From Promethearchaeota archaeon (lineage in GTDB: Archaea; Asgardarchaeota; Lokiarchaeia; Sigyniarchaeales; SOKP01): DNA of 64,000 nucleotides. A program made the position numbers and the translations under genes. Below the pieces are notes generated by a model, which did not search any database, was not told the DNA's origin, and worked only from the letters and a program-made list of their open reading frames with translations. Shown piece by piece: positions 1-10,749 of this stretch (positions within the stretch are counted from its first letter, which is position 1; each line of letters begins with the position of its first letter). The stretch covers positions 288,001-352,000 of the forward strand of contig JBHLLT010000002.1 of NCBI GenBank assembly GCA_048938855.1. Direction: 5' to 3'.

Positions 1-19
1 AGAAATTTAAAAAGTTATT

Positions 20-1054
20 TTAATATCGTTTCATTTTTTTTGGATATGCTTGAAAAGGAGTACGTGGTTCTTCAGAAATCCATTCTACATCTTTGTTTAT
101 CTTGGAGAGTGATCTTAATAAATCAAAAGTTAACCAACGTGTAACTTGAGGGTGTTTTAAATAGTCCCATAACCCATATTTTCCTTGTTCAGATTTTATA
201 AATGTAATAAGTTCATAAATCCTTTCATCATCAGTACTAACTCCGACTCTCCAACATAGATTTAATATGTGAGCAATATCAAATTTTGCCATAAAAGTTA
301 TTCGTCCGATAGAACTTTCTAACCCAATAAGACGCGCAATCATAAAACCAAGATCAATTCTTATTTTAGATGTTGTCCCAAGTATGAGATCTAGAGCTCG
401 TTTTGCCTCATTACTTTGACAACGCTTGGGATGATAAACAAAACAGCTAAGAACAGCTGTTGTACTTGATCGACAACCCCACCTTGAATGTGCAAGACGA
501 CGATAACCTGCTATTCCTCCATAATTTCCTGCAGATATCCCTACAGGCCATGCGCCATCATCTAAGCGCTGCTCCAATAACCATTCAAATGCATTCTCAG
601 TTCTATCATCCTTAGAATATCCACACATAACCAATCCTAAGAGTGGAATAGCGGTTTGAATAGGCATGATTTGGTATCCAATTTCTTCATCAGTTAACTC
701 TTTCTTACCAGGCATTGGCCAAGAGCCATCTTCTTGCTGTTTTGAGAAAATAAATTCTGCTGCATTTTGCACCAATAAATAAGAAGAATCAAATCCGAGG
801 TAACCAAGTCTTTGTAAAGCCATAGACGTTAATTGAATATTATCTTCATAAGTTATTTGAGTATTACCAAGAGAATCCCATGCTCCATTAGGTTTTTGAA
901 GCTCGGATAAATTCTTTACAAGTTGATCTGATTCTCTAATTTCTGATAATTCTTGAACTTCTTCATCGTTCTTTTTAAGATTTAACAATTCAGTTAGAAC
1001 TAAATACCTTAAACAAGGTGAAGGATCAGTTAATAATAGTGGAATCCATGTCAC
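20..1054 (-). CDS. Prenyltransferase/squalene-oxidase-repeat (alpha/alpha toroid) protein of unknown function
   Basis: QW-like repeats LQKPNGAW, KQQEDGSW, QRLDDGAW, EQGKYGLW; no DxDD cyclase motif; start overlaps the stop of the upstream uvrA-like gene by 4 bp. Confidence 0.75.
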   Translation of the reverse strand: MTWIPLLLTDPSPCLRYLVLTELLNLKKNDEEVQELSEIRESDQLVKNLSELQKPNGAWDSLGNTQITYEDNIQLTSMALQRLGYLGFDSSYLLVQNAAEFIFSKQQEDGSWPMPGKKELTDEEIGYQIMPIQTAIPLLGLVMCGYSKDDRTENAFEWLLEQRLDDGAWPVGISAGNYGGIAGYRRLAHSRWGCRSSTTAVLSCFVYHPKRCQSNEAKRALDLILGTTSKIRIDLGFMIARLIGLESSIGRITFMAKFDIAHILNLCWRVGVSTDDERIYELITFIKSEQGKYGLWDYLKHPQVTRWLTFDLLRSLSKINKDVEWISEEPRTPFQAYPKKMKRY

Positions 1055-4000
1055 ATTTCTCCCTCCAAAACTTTTTTAATATATGGTGCTATTGGTGTAT
1101 TTCGTTTCGCTATTTCTTCAGGAGGCCCTTTTGAAATAACCCGACCTCCTTTTGGTCCTGCACCAGGCCCTAGCTCTATAATCCAATCACATGATGCCAA
1201 GACATGAGGATGATGCTCAATAACTAATACTGTATGACCATTGTCAACCAAAAGTTGAAGAACATTAATTAAATTAGATATATCTTCTAAATGCTGACCA
1301 ATAGTTGGTTCATCTAAGATGTACAAGGTTTTTTTAATGGAGCTCTTAGATAATTCTTTTACTATCTTAAGTCTTTGAGCTTCACCACCAGAAAGTGTTC
1401 GGGCAGGTTGATTAAATCGCAAATATCCTAAACCTACTTTTTTAGCATAATCTAATTTTAATGAGATTGTCTTGAATTCTCTAAAAACATCATATGCTTC
1501 TTCTATTGTTAAATTATTTACTTGAGGTAAGGATACATCTTTAAAGTAAACTTGCCAAGCTTCAGCTTGATAACCCGATCCCTTGCAAATCTCACATGTT
1601 TCAATGATATCAGGAAGAAATCTCATATCAATTTTAATATAACCACGTCCCTTACAGATAGAGCATCTTTTAGCTAACTTCTTATAATCTAAACCTAGAT
1701 TTATAGCATCTTCAGTTCCTGCAAAGAGTTGTGTAATTAAACGATCTAATCCTAAAAATTTTAAAGGACTTCCTATCTTTTTTTTTGTTTGATCTATAAT
1801 TATAGTTTTAGACATTGCATTTTCAATTTTTTCGTATTTCCCAGGATCAACAGGTTCACGAGATACCGAGGTAGTATGCTTTATAGGAACTAATGCTCTA
1901 CCCAGTGTATCAATAATTAGTGTACTTTTTCCTGAACCTGAAACACCACATAGTCCTACCAATAAGCCATGAGGGATTTCAATTAGATCTCCTTTCAAAT
2001 TATTTTCTGTAGCACCATAGATTTTTAGCCATCTTTTTGGTTTTCGAGCTTTTCTAGATAATTTAAATTTCTTTTTTCCATTTAACCAATTTCCAGTTAT
2101 AGTATTAGATTTCTTTATTTCTTCTATAGTGCCTTTTGCTACTATTTTACCCCCATTTATTCCCGCTCCAGGGCCCATATCAATAATATAATCAGCTAAT
2201 TCCATAAACAATGGATCATGCTCAATAATGATAATATTATTACCCATATCACGTAATTTCATTAATATATCTAATAATGCTTGAAGTTCAGATGGATGTA
2301 AACCTCTTGAGGGTTCATCAAGTAAAACTGTTAATGATGATAATTCACTACCTAATAGTCCGGCCAATCGAATTCTTTGAGCCTCTCCAGCAGAAAGGCT
2401 TTCAGCAACACGATTTAAATTTATATATCCTAATCCTGTTTTAATTAAAAACTCCAATCGAACTAATATGATCTTTAGACTATTTTTTACAAACTGAGGA
2501 ACGTCATCCTCCATCCTAATATCCTTCAATAATGCATAGAGTTCATTTAGTGGTAGTTCACTCATTTGAAATATATTATATCCACCTATAGAAATCGCTA
2601 AATATTGATGACGCAATTTTGTTCCATTACATTGATCGCATATTTTTTTATCTGTATAAGTACCTCCCACATCCCAATCTCTTAACCAATGTTCATAAAA
2701 GCCTTGATATACAATTGTTCTTCTCGTAACTTGTCCCTTTTTATTCTCAAATTCTACATGCAATGGATTTTTATCTCCAAATAAAAATGCTTTTTGTGCT
2801 TCTTCTGTCATATTATTCCAAGCTGTAGAAAAAGGATCAAAAGAATAACGAGCGGCTAATGCTTGAACTATATAATAACCACCATTATGTGGTTTACATA
2901 GAAAACCTTTTGGAAAAAATCCTGGAGAATACATAGCGCCACTGCATAAAGGTTTTTCAGGATAAATTATTAGTTTTTTAGGATTGGGTACTTGAAATGA
3001 GCCTACTCCATGACATTTAAGGCAAGCTGCAGAATAATTGGTAGAAATGAAATGTCTTGGTTTCGCAAGAGGCGATTCAAAATTGCAATTGCTACAATAC
3101 CACCTTTCTTTCCGCTCCATAATCTGGTTACATTTAGGACAAAACTTATCTCCCATATAAGAAAATATATTGGCTAAATGAAGGGTCATATCAGTGATTC
3201 GTCCTATATTATTTCGAACGTTGAAAAACCACCCTTGGATAATTTTTTCTGGGATAATTAATGCGGTAATACCTAAACCTTGAATATTTTCTACTAATGC
3301 TTCAGTGCTTTCTTTTGTACTTTGTCTCTCATACATTGATAATGTTTCTAAATATCTACGTCTAGCTTCTGTTTCAAGAGTATCTATAATCAAACTTGAT
3401 TTACCTGAGCCAGAGACTCCTGTAATTACGATAAATTTATTCTTTGGTATTTTAACACTCACATTCTTTAAGTTATGGATATGAGCGTTTTGAATAATTA
3501 TACTTTCTGAACTTTTAGGCTTTATTCTTTCTTTTTTAGTAGAAGGAAAAAATTTCTCTTCAGATTTTAAAGCTTGAGCTGTAAGAGATTCGTCTATATT
3601 TATAAATTCATTTAAAGGACCTTGATACATTATATTTCCGCCATTAGGTCCTGACCCTGGACCAAGATCTACAACCCAATCAGCAGCTTTAATTATATCT
3701 ATATTATGTTCTATTATAACAATGGTCGCTCCAGCTTGAATCAATTTATTTAAGATTATTAATAAACCGGCCAAATCTTGAGGGTGTAATCCTGTCGAAG
3801 GCTCATCAAGTATAATTAATTGATCTTTCAGAGAATTCTTACCAAGATATTTGGTTAGTTTAATTCGTTGAGCTTCGCCCCCCGATAATGTTGGAGAGGG
3901 TTGGCCCAAAGAAAGATATCCTAATCCGATCTCATTAAGTGTGTTTAACATATGCTTTACAGAATTAAGATCTCCAACAGATAATCTCGTTTCAGTTTCA

Positions 4001-5922
4001 AATATTTTTCCAATATCTGAAATTGGAAGATCATAGAATTCAGCAATAGAAAGGTTTTTATCTCCAAATTTAACCTTTTCAGCAAGTATCTCTTCAGAAA
4101 ATCTTTGACCATTACAATCTGGACAAATAATCCAATTAGATGGTAAAAATCTCATTTTGATCTCAAGAGCACCCATTCCATTACACGTGGGACATTGTCC
4201 TTCTGGTGTATTGAATGAATAATAGGTAGGTTTAAATCTAGTAGCTTTACCAAACAATTTTCTGATATTATCAGCAAGCTTAGTATAAGTAGCAGGATTT
4301 GATCTGGGATTTTTCCCTATAGGTCCTTGATCTACTATAATGGACTTCACATTTGGATTATTAATTTTATCACAACCTATAGGTTTTTTCTGTTTTAGTG
4401 TAGCAAATAATACTTCTTCTAGTAATGTACTCTTACCTGAGCCAGATACGCCTGTAATAACAGTTAAATGGTTTAAAGGAATTTTAACGTTAATATTTTT
4501 CAAGTTATGCATGTGGGCATTTTCAATTGTTATAAATGATTGAGGCGCAGTTCTATGTTTAGGTATTTTCACTTTTTCTCTTAGACTAAAGAATTTACCT
4601 GTAGGCGTATCTGCTTTCCATAACTCCGCGGGGTTTCCTGTAAAAATAATTCTACCTCCCTCGTTTCCTGCACCCGGGCCAATATCAATAGCAAAATCTG
4701 CATGCATAGCAGCTTGACGGTCATGTTCAATATAAATTACTGGACCAACAAAGTTCTGAAGTACAGGTAATAATCTTGCAACATCAGCGGGATGTTGACC
4801 TATTGTGGGTTCATCAAGTATGTGAGTAATATCTTCTAATTCACTCAGTAAAGCAATAGCGAGCTGGACTCTTTGAGATTCACCTCTTGATAAAGTTGGA
4901 GACACTCGATCTAGTGTTAAGTAATCCAACCCTACCGAATTTAATGCTATTAGACGTCTCTTTATTTCATGTAATATTCTAATTGTAATAGGTAATTCTT
5001 CATTTGAAAAATAAGCGATTAATTCACCTACAGATTTCTTGAGTATTTCAGGAAATAACAATCCCTCCCAAGTAACATTAGATGCAATTGGATAATACCC
5101 TGTTTCATTACAAATCTTACACCCCTTTCCATTACAATGTGGGCAATTCTTATTAAAATACTTAGGTTCTAGCTCCCCAAACCAAGTACCACATTCAACA
5201 CATGCAGGTATCCGAGAGATGAGAGAATTTATCGGCTTACCTTCAATTATTAATGAATTCGCATTTAAAGAAGAAGCATATTGAACAATAGCTCTAATCT
5301 CATCAATATTACTATCTTTATTTACTTGTCCAATTTGAATTTGAATATCATGTGATTCTTTTGAATTTAATTCCTTCGATAATGATTTTCCATCGACAGT
5401 TATGGCTTCAGGGCCAAACTCTTTTTTTAAAAGCTTAATCAAGGTTCGATGACTCCCTTGTACTTTTTTCATCAATAAAGCAGATATTTTCAATGGCTCT
5501 TTTTTCTTTAAAGCATCTAATTTAGCAACAATTTCATCTTCTTTTAAGAAAGTAAGCTTATTCCCGCAAATATGACATTTTCTTTCACCAAATCTAGAAT
5601 ACAAGATTTTCAATAGAGGAATAAGACCAACCGCAGATGCTAAAATGGAATTAGGGTTTCGGTTTAATACATTCTGACTAAGTGCTACTGTAGGTCCTAA
5701 ACCTGAGATGGAATTAATTTTAGCAGGATTCAATTTCAGATCATCTTTGCTGACTGAAAATGCTTCTAAAAATCTACGTCGCGCTTCCTTGTATAATGTG
5801 TCAAAAATAAGAGAAGTTTTTCCTGATCCAGAAACTCCCGTAACTACTGTGAGTCCATCCTTTATATCTACATCGATGTTTTTTAAATTATTTTCCTGTG
5901 CTCCACGAATTTTAATTTGCAT
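1051..5922 (-). CDS. uvrA: Tandem-duplicated UvrA-family ABC ATPase (four nucleotide-binding domains)
   Basis: Four GVSGSGK Walker A motifs, four LS[R/G/A]GE[S/A]QR signatures, four DEP[T/S] Walker B motifs, repeated xNLKN(I/V)xVxIP starts, CxxC zinc motifs. Confidence 0.9.
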   Translation of the reverse strand: MQIKIRGAQENNLKNIDVDIKDGLTVVTGVSGSGKTSLIFDTLYKEARRRFLEAFSVSKDDLKLNPAKINSISGLGPTVALSQNVLNRNPNSILASAVGLIPLLKILYSRFGERKCHICGNKLTFLKEDEIVAKLDALKKKEPLKISALLMKKVQGSHRTLIKLLKKEFGPEAITVDGKSLSKELNSKESHDIQIQIGQVNKDSNIDEIRAIVQYASSLNANSLIIEGKPINSLISRIPACVECGTWFGELEPKYFNKNCPHCNGKGCKICNETGYYPIASNVTWEGLLFPEILKKSVGELIAYFSNEELPITIRILHEIKRRLIALNSVGLDYLTLDRVSPTLSRGESQRVQLAIALLSELEDITHILDEPTIGQHPADVARLLPVLQNFVGPVIYIEHDRQAAMHADFAIDIGPGAGNEGGRIIFTGNPAELWKADTPTGKFFSLREKVKIPKHRTAPQSFITIENAHMHNLKNINVKIPLNHLTVITGVSGSGKSTLLEEVLFATLKQKKPIGCDKINNPNVKSIIVDQGPIGKNPRSNPATYTKLADNIRKLFGKATRFKPTYYSFNTPEGQCPTCNGMGALEIKMRFLPSNWIICPDCNGQRFSEEILAEKVKFGDKNLSIAEFYDLPISDIGKIFETETRLSVGDLNSVKHMLNTLNEIGLGYLSLGQPSPTLSGGEAQRIKLTKYLGKNSLKDQLIILDEPSTGLHPQDLAGLLIILNKLIQAGATIVIIEHNIDIIKAADWVVDLGPGSGPNGGNIMYQGPLNEFINIDESLTAQALKSEEKFFPSTKKERIKPKSSESIIIQNAHIHNLKNVSVKIPKNKFIVITGVSGSGKSSLIIDTLETEARRRYLETLSMYERQSTKESTEALVENIQGLGITALIIPEKIIQGWFFNVRNNIGRITDMTLHLANIFSYMGDKFCPKCNQIMERKERWYCSNCNFESPLAKPRHFISTNYSAACLKCHGVGSFQVPNPKKLIIYPEKPLCSGAMYSPGFFPKGFLCKPHNGGYYIVQALAARYSFDPFSTAWNNMTEEAQKAFLFGDKNPLHVEFENKKGQVTRRTIVYQGFYEHWLRDWDVGGTYTDKKICDQCNGTKLRHQYLAISIGGYNIFQMSELPLNELYALLKDIRMEDDVPQFVKNSLKIILVRLEFLIKTGLGYINLNRVAESLSAGEAQRIRLAGLLGSELSSLTVLLDEPSRGLHPSELQALLDILMKLRDMGNNIIIIEHDPLFMELADYIIDMGPGAGINGGKIVAKGTIEEIKKSNTITGNWLNGKKKFKLSRKARKPKRWLKIYGATENNLKGDLIEIPHGLLVGLCGVSGSGKSTLIIDTLGRALVPIKHTTSVSREPVDPGKYEKIENAMSKTIIIDQTKKKIGSPLKFLGLDRLITQLFAGTEDAINLGLDYKKLAKRCSICKGRGYIKIDMRFLPDIIETCEICKGSGYQAEAWQVYFKDVSLPQVNNLTIEEAYDVFREFKTISLKLDYAKKVGLGYLRFNQPARTLSGGEAQRLKIVKELSKSSIKKTLYILDEPTIGQHLEDISNLINVLQLLVDNGHTVLVIEHHPHVLASCDWIIELGPGAGPKGGRVISKGPPEEIAKRNTPIAPYIKKVLEGEM

Positions 5923-5934
5923 ATTTTAACAATA

Positions 5935-8442
5935 CTATTTAATTAAGTATGGGCCCGTATTGGATCCTTTATTTAACATTATTTCTTCAGGATTACCATA
6001 TGCAATTATTTTTCCTCCTTTAGGACCACCCTCAGGACCCAATTCGATGATATAATCACAATATGATAAAATTTCAGGATCATGTTCAATAATTAGAACT
6101 GAATTTCCCTCTTGAACCAATTTTTCTAGTAGCTCTATTAGTTTTATTGCATCATAAAATGACAGACCAACTGTAGGTTCATCTAAAATGTAAAGAACTT
6201 TGCCTTTTCTAATTTTACCTAATTCTTTAGCTAATTTTATTCGTTGGGCTTCCCCTCCACTTAAAGTAGGAGCAGGTTGTCCAAGTTCGATATAACCCAT
6301 TCCAATTTCATCTAAAATTTTTAATACTTTCGAGATATTTTCTTGTGTTTTAAATAATTCTTTAGCTTCGTTAACAGTCATCCCTAGCACATCAGATATT
6401 GATTTCCCTTTATATTTAACTTCTAAAATTTCTGGTTTATATCTTAATCCTTTACATTCTTTACAAGGTATTTCAAAGCTGGTGAGGAATGATACTTGCA
6501 GGTCTTGAACGCCTTGACCTTTACAAGCTGGACAACGACCTCGGTCTGAATTGTAAGAAAAATGTCCAGCAGTAAACTTTCGTTTTTTAGCTTCTACAGT
6601 CTTGGCAAATAAATTTCTAATTTTATCCCATATTCCTATAAATGAACTTGGAGTAGAAGTTCGAACTCGAGATATAGGTTTTTGATTGACAACAATGACA
6701 CCGCTAATTTTTTCCCAACCTTCCACTCGTCCAGAATAATCCAAAAAATCCTCATTATTTTCTTCTTCTTCTTCACCGTTTTCTTCCTTCTTCTCCTTCT
6801 GTATTTTTGTTCCTCTTTTAAAGAACGGTTTTACTAAAGGTACTAATGTATCTAAAACGAGAGAACTTTTACCAGAACCAGAAACTCCAGCAATACCCAC
6901 CATTAGACCTAAAGGAAATTTAACACTTACATCTTTTAAATTGTTAGTATTTGCATTTTTTAGAATTAGATATTTTGTGTTCTCATCTATATCCCTTCTT
7001 GATTCTGTAGATTTTTTCGGTAATTGAATGCTTCCTGCAAGAAATTGGCCTGTATAAGATTTTTTAGTTTTGACAATTCCTTCTAAAGTACCTTGATATA
7101 CGATTTCTCCACCATCTATTCCTGCCCCTGGGCCGATATCAATTATTTCATCAGCAATATCAATAAACCTCTTATCATGTTCAACAACAATAATAGTATT
7201 TCCTAAATCTTTTAATTGTTTCAAAATTTCAATTAACGAATCCTTTTCACGTTCATGCAAACTCATACTAGGTTCGTCTAAAATATAAATTAAAGAATCA
7301 AGCCCACCATCTAGATGAGTCATTAGTGATAATCTTTGAAGCTCACCACCACTTAGTGTTGGTAATGTTCTGTGTAAATGCAAGTAATTTAATCCAACAT
7401 TAACCATTCGTTTTAGGCTTTGCAAAATACTTTTCCTAATCGATTTTCCCTGAGGATTTTTAACATCTTGATTAGTAAGGTTTTCTAGAAATAAAATTAA
7501 ATCATCAACTGGCATCATTGCTAATTCTCCTATATGTTTTCCTCCAATTTTTATTTCACGAGCTTGCTCATTAATTTTATATCCATTACACTCCTCACAT
7601 TTCTTTTTTGTCATAAAATTATTATGAATCTTGTGCCTCCTATAAGCACTCTTACTTTCTGTTAAAGCTCTTTTTATATGAGGAATCACACCCTCAAAGA
7701 CACGTTCTAACTCACCAGTAAAAGTCTTAGATTCCCATTGAAATCTGAGTTTCTTCCCACTGCCATATAGAAATACCTGCTTTACTTCATCTGGCAAATC
7801 CTTAAAGGGCGTATTTATGTCAAAATTGTAAAATTTAGGTAATTGTTCTACAAATCTAATTTGATCTGCAAAAACAGCAGAACCTGCTTTTGTAATTTGT
7901 ATAAGATTTTTATTGTAGTCTTGAACAATCATTTCTTCAGTAAGGAGCATTTTATAACCTCTTCCTTTACATTCTAAACACATCCCCGAAGGTTCATTAA
8001 AAGAAAAATGCTTGATTTGCTTACGTTCTACCACCATTCCACAAATATCGCACTCTAAAGTGCTTTGATTTACAGGTTCCTTACAAATTGGACAGATTAA
8101 GATTCCTTCGGTAACATATAGCATCCGTAATAAACCATATATTCCTGTTTTAGTTCCCACAGTTGATCGCGGATTAAAAACACGAGTTGTTCTTTGCTCA
8201 ACTGCAACAGTTGGGCTTAATCCATCAATCAAATCGAAAGGTTTTTCATCATCAAATTTAGGTGGAAAACCAATTGATTGAAGATATCTATTCATACCCT
8301 CATCAAAGATAATATCAAAAGCTAAACTTGACTTTCCTGATCCAGAAACTCCTGTTATAAGAATTAATTTCCCTTTGGGAATATCTACATTGATATTCTT
8401 TAAATTATGTATTCTAGCCCCTCTAACTTTTATAACATCCAT
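5935..8442 (-). CDS. uvrA: Class II UvrA-like (UvrA2/DrrC-type) ATPase lacking the UvrB-binding domain
   Basis: RGARIHNLKNI, GVSGSGKSSLAFD, NPRSTVGT, FSFN, LSGGEAQRIKLAKEL; CPIC is followed almost directly by CDICG, with no UvrB-binding insert. Confidence 0.88.
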   Translation of the reverse strand: MDVIKVRGARIHNLKNINVDIPKGKLILITGVSGSGKSSLAFDIIFDEGMNRYLQSIGFPPKFDDEKPFDLIDGLSPTVAVEQRTTRVFNPRSTVGTKTGIYGLLRMLYVTEGILICPICKEPVNQSTLECDICGMVVERKQIKHFSFNEPSGMCLECKGRGYKMLLTEEMIVQDYNKNLIQITKAGSAVFADQIRFVEQLPKFYNFDINTPFKDLPDEVKQVFLYGSGKKLRFQWESKTFTGELERVFEGVIPHIKRALTESKSAYRRHKIHNNFMTKKKCEECNGYKINEQAREIKIGGKHIGELAMMPVDDLILFLENLTNQDVKNPQGKSIRKSILQSLKRMVNVGLNYLHLHRTLPTLSGGELQRLSLMTHLDGGLDSLIYILDEPSMSLHEREKDSLIEILKQLKDLGNTIIVVEHDKRFIDIADEIIDIGPGAGIDGGEIVYQGTLEGIVKTKKSYTGQFLAGSIQLPKKSTESRRDIDENTKYLILKNANTNNLKDVSVKFPLGLMVGIAGVSGSGKSSLVLDTLVPLVKPFFKRGTKIQKEKKEENGEEEEENNEDFLDYSGRVEGWEKISGVIVVNQKPISRVRTSTPSSFIGIWDKIRNLFAKTVEAKKRKFTAGHFSYNSDRGRCPACKGQGVQDLQVSFLTSFEIPCKECKGLRYKPEILEVKYKGKSISDVLGMTVNEAKELFKTQENISKVLKILDEIGMGYIELGQPAPTLSGGEAQRIKLAKELGKIRKGKVLYILDEPTVGLSFYDAIKLIELLEKLVQEGNSVLIIEHDPEILSYCDYIIELGPEGGPKGGKIIAYGNPEEIMLNKGSNTGPYLIK

Positions 8443-8455
8443 TATGAGACTCCTC

Positions 8456-9127
8456 CTATTTTATTTTTTGTAAAATATAAGTTGTACATTCAAATCCAGT
8501 TGGATTTTTCTTTAACATTTCTATTTCATTTATAAATTGTTTGATTTGTTTAATCTTATCAATATTATCATACTTCTTACGTAAAACATTGATCCTTTTT
8601 TCTAATGGGGCATAATATTCATTCCACCAGCATTGGTAAGCCCATGGTATTTGATTCATTAGTTTAAAACCAAAATTTGGGAAGTGTTTAAGTTTCCTAT
8701 TTGCCCAGTCATTAGCTTCTCCCGAAATCAAATAACCATCTATTTTAAGTAGCCTATTACATTCAATTAAAGCCCTCTTGAGATCAAGAAGATGTATAAC
8801 CCCCATATCCCATATAATATCGAACATTTCATCTTCAAACTTTGTATCATATACAGAGCGATTAAAAATTTTAATTCTATCTGAAAGACCTTTTTGGTTA
8901 ATCTTATTCTCTAACTTATTTAACGCAACCTGGTCAATATCAATCCCGGTTATTTTTCCATTAGTTAATCTGGCTAATTCTAGGGTAGGTAAACCAGTAC
9001 CGCATCCAATGTCCAGAATGCGAGGATTATCTAGTTTTGGGATGATTTCAAATACTTTTTTGGTATATCTAAGAAAAACGGCTCGAAGACCTTCAGCATC
9101 TAATTCTTGTAATATTTCTACTTCCAT
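8456..9127 (-). CDS. Class I SAM-dependent methyltransferase
   Basis: ILDIGCGTG motif I, GIDID motif II, FDIIW. Confidence 0.9.
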   Translation of the reverse strand: MEVEILQELDAEGLRAVFLRYTKKVFEIIPKLDNPRILDIGCGTGLPTLELARLTNGKITGIDIDQVALNKLENKINQKGLSDRIKIFNRSVYDTKFEDEMFDIIWDMGVIHLLDLKRALIECNRLLKIDGYLISGEANDWANRKLKHFPNFGFKLMNQIPWAYQCWWNEYYAPLEKRINVLRKKYDNIDKIKQIKQFINEIEMLKKNPTGFECTTYILQKIK

Positions 9128-9155
9128 TTATAATTCAAACCTCCATTAAAATTTC

Positions 9156-9584
9156 CTATTTTATATTTGGATTGATTATATTACCACAATCAATGCATTC
9201 CGAATCGTGAACACAAATTTCACCGCCACATTCTGGGCAAGTATACAGTTTAACTTGCTCTTGAAGCCAATTATCAACCCCTATAGCTTCAATTCTTCTC
9301 AAATTATCGATCAGATTTACAGAATACCGTTCTTGATATGTATGATCAAGCTTTTCTAATTTATCACACGGAAATGTATCACACTCATAACAAAATTCTA
9401 ACTTGTTTTTTAATAGTGCTGGACAATCTCGTCTTATGAAGGCACATTTCTTATTCCTAATTCTACACCCTTCACAACCTTGTGTATAACCTCTTTTGGC
9501 TAATAAACCTTTTTTTCTTAATATATACTGCCGACAGGTTCCACAGTATAGGCCACACGGTGCAGCTAAACTTTTATCTACCAT
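9156..9584 (-). CDS. DUF3795-family Cys-rich protein
   Basis: APCGLYCGTC, CEGCR, FCYECDTFPC, C-terminal CPECGG. Confidence 0.8.
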   Translation of the reverse strand: MVDKSLAAPCGLYCGTCRQYILRKKGLLAKRGYTQGCEGCRIRNKKCAFIRRDCPALLKNKLEFCYECDTFPCDKLEKLDHTYQERYSVNLIDNLRRIEAIGVDNWLQEQVKLYTCPECGGEICVHDSECIDCGNIINPNIK

Positions 9585-9594
9585 TTTTTACAAC

Positions 9595-10731
9595 CTAATT
9601 TTTGATTTTTGATAATTTTTTAAATGCTTCCTCTTCTAGGGTAAGAATATTAAGCACAATATTATGCAGCTCCCCAAAATCCACATGATTTAAACAATCA
9701 TTTTTATATTCATCACCCGCATTTTTCAACATTTCTGCAATATGAGTCCAACTTTGAGCAGATTTACTAATTAATGGAATACATTCTTCGAGTATGCTAA
9801 ATTCAATTGAATTCCATGCTCTAGGACCATTTTTTAATTCAGGATGTACTAATAATTCCTCTAAGAAATCTTTATACAGCTTTCGGAATGAACCACCTCC
9901 CGTTCCCCATGTTTCTATGTATCCATGTGTAAGCTCAAACATCAATCGCGCTAGAGAAATTTCTTTTCCTTTAGAGTTTGTAATAGTTTTATTTAACTTT
10001 TCTTCCCATTTGAACAAAGAATATGCAAATTGTTTTAACCCTTGAATACCATTAGTGTTCATCGAGGGGCGCAACATGTTACTTACTACTTTTTGAATTG
10101 CTAACTTAACGCCTGCAGCTAAGGGGGGATGTTTTCCATTCGGTCTACGTGTCATAGAGAATTGAACATTTGCAGGGTGCATAAATTTAGGACCATAGGT
10201 CGAACTCCTCGCATTCTTAAGTATATCAATACGAACCTCTTGAAAACCTTCAAACTCAGTATCACCAATGAATGCGGATCCCTTCTCATCATTATATCCT
10301 CCCAGAACTACTGTATGCCCTCCAAAATGAGCCTTATCCATATTCTCATCGAAACCTTCATAAGGCATATAAGCAATATCCACTCTTAATAATAATGGAA
10401 TATCTTGATCTACCATGTTTTTAGACTCCTCCCAGGCTTTATCTGCACTCGTGAAGGCTTGTTTTCTTAATGTAATACCTAACAATCGGCATGCCAAACT
10501 ATTTGGTTCAATAGTTCCTTGCTTACCTCCTAAGAAGAATGGGATATCAGATTCAGGTATAAAGGAAGTCTGACCCGAAGTATCATAAAATCCAAATCCC
10601 ATCGTCGCATCTAAACCAAAAGCCATAGGTTCAGACATCGGAAATCCATAATACTCGAATAAATCCCGCATTGATGAGGATTCACAATGATGGCCTATGC
10701 GATGAATAAAATCTTTAACCATGTGTTTCAT
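9595..10731 (-). CDS. BtrH N-terminal domain / DUF4872 protein (papain/transglutaminase-like)
   Basis: HCESSSMRDL, SEPMAFGL, HFGGHTVVLGGY, IGDT, GTGGGSFRKLY. Confidence 0.75.
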   Translation of the reverse strand: MKHMVKDFIHRIGHHCESSSMRDLFEYYGFPMSEPMAFGLDATMGFGFYDTSGQTSFIPESDIPFFLGGKQGTIEPNSLACRLLGITLRKQAFTSADKAWEESKNMVDQDIPLLLRVDIAYMPYEGFDENMDKAHFGGHTVVLGGYNDEKGSAFIGDTEFEGFQEVRIDILKNARSSTYGPKFMHPANVQFSMTRRPNGKHPPLAAGVKLAIQKVVSNMLRPSMNTNGIQGLKQFAYSLFKWEEKLNKTITNSKGKEISLARLMFELTHGYIETWGTGGGSFRKLYKDFLEELLVHPELKNGPRAWNSIEFSILEECIPLISKSAQSWTHIAEMLKNAGDEYKNDCLNHVDFGELHNIVLNILTLEEEAFKKLSKIKN

Positions 10732-10749
10732 TTCATAATTACCTCATTT

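Noticed and set aside
20-1054. Squalene-hopene or oxidosqualene cyclase
   Set aside because: Only 344 aa (single toroid) and no DxDD/DCTAE catalytic motif
1051-8442. Assembly artefact explaining three UvrA units
   Set aside because: The three units are strongly diverged and differ in domain content, so they are not a collapsed or duplicated contig
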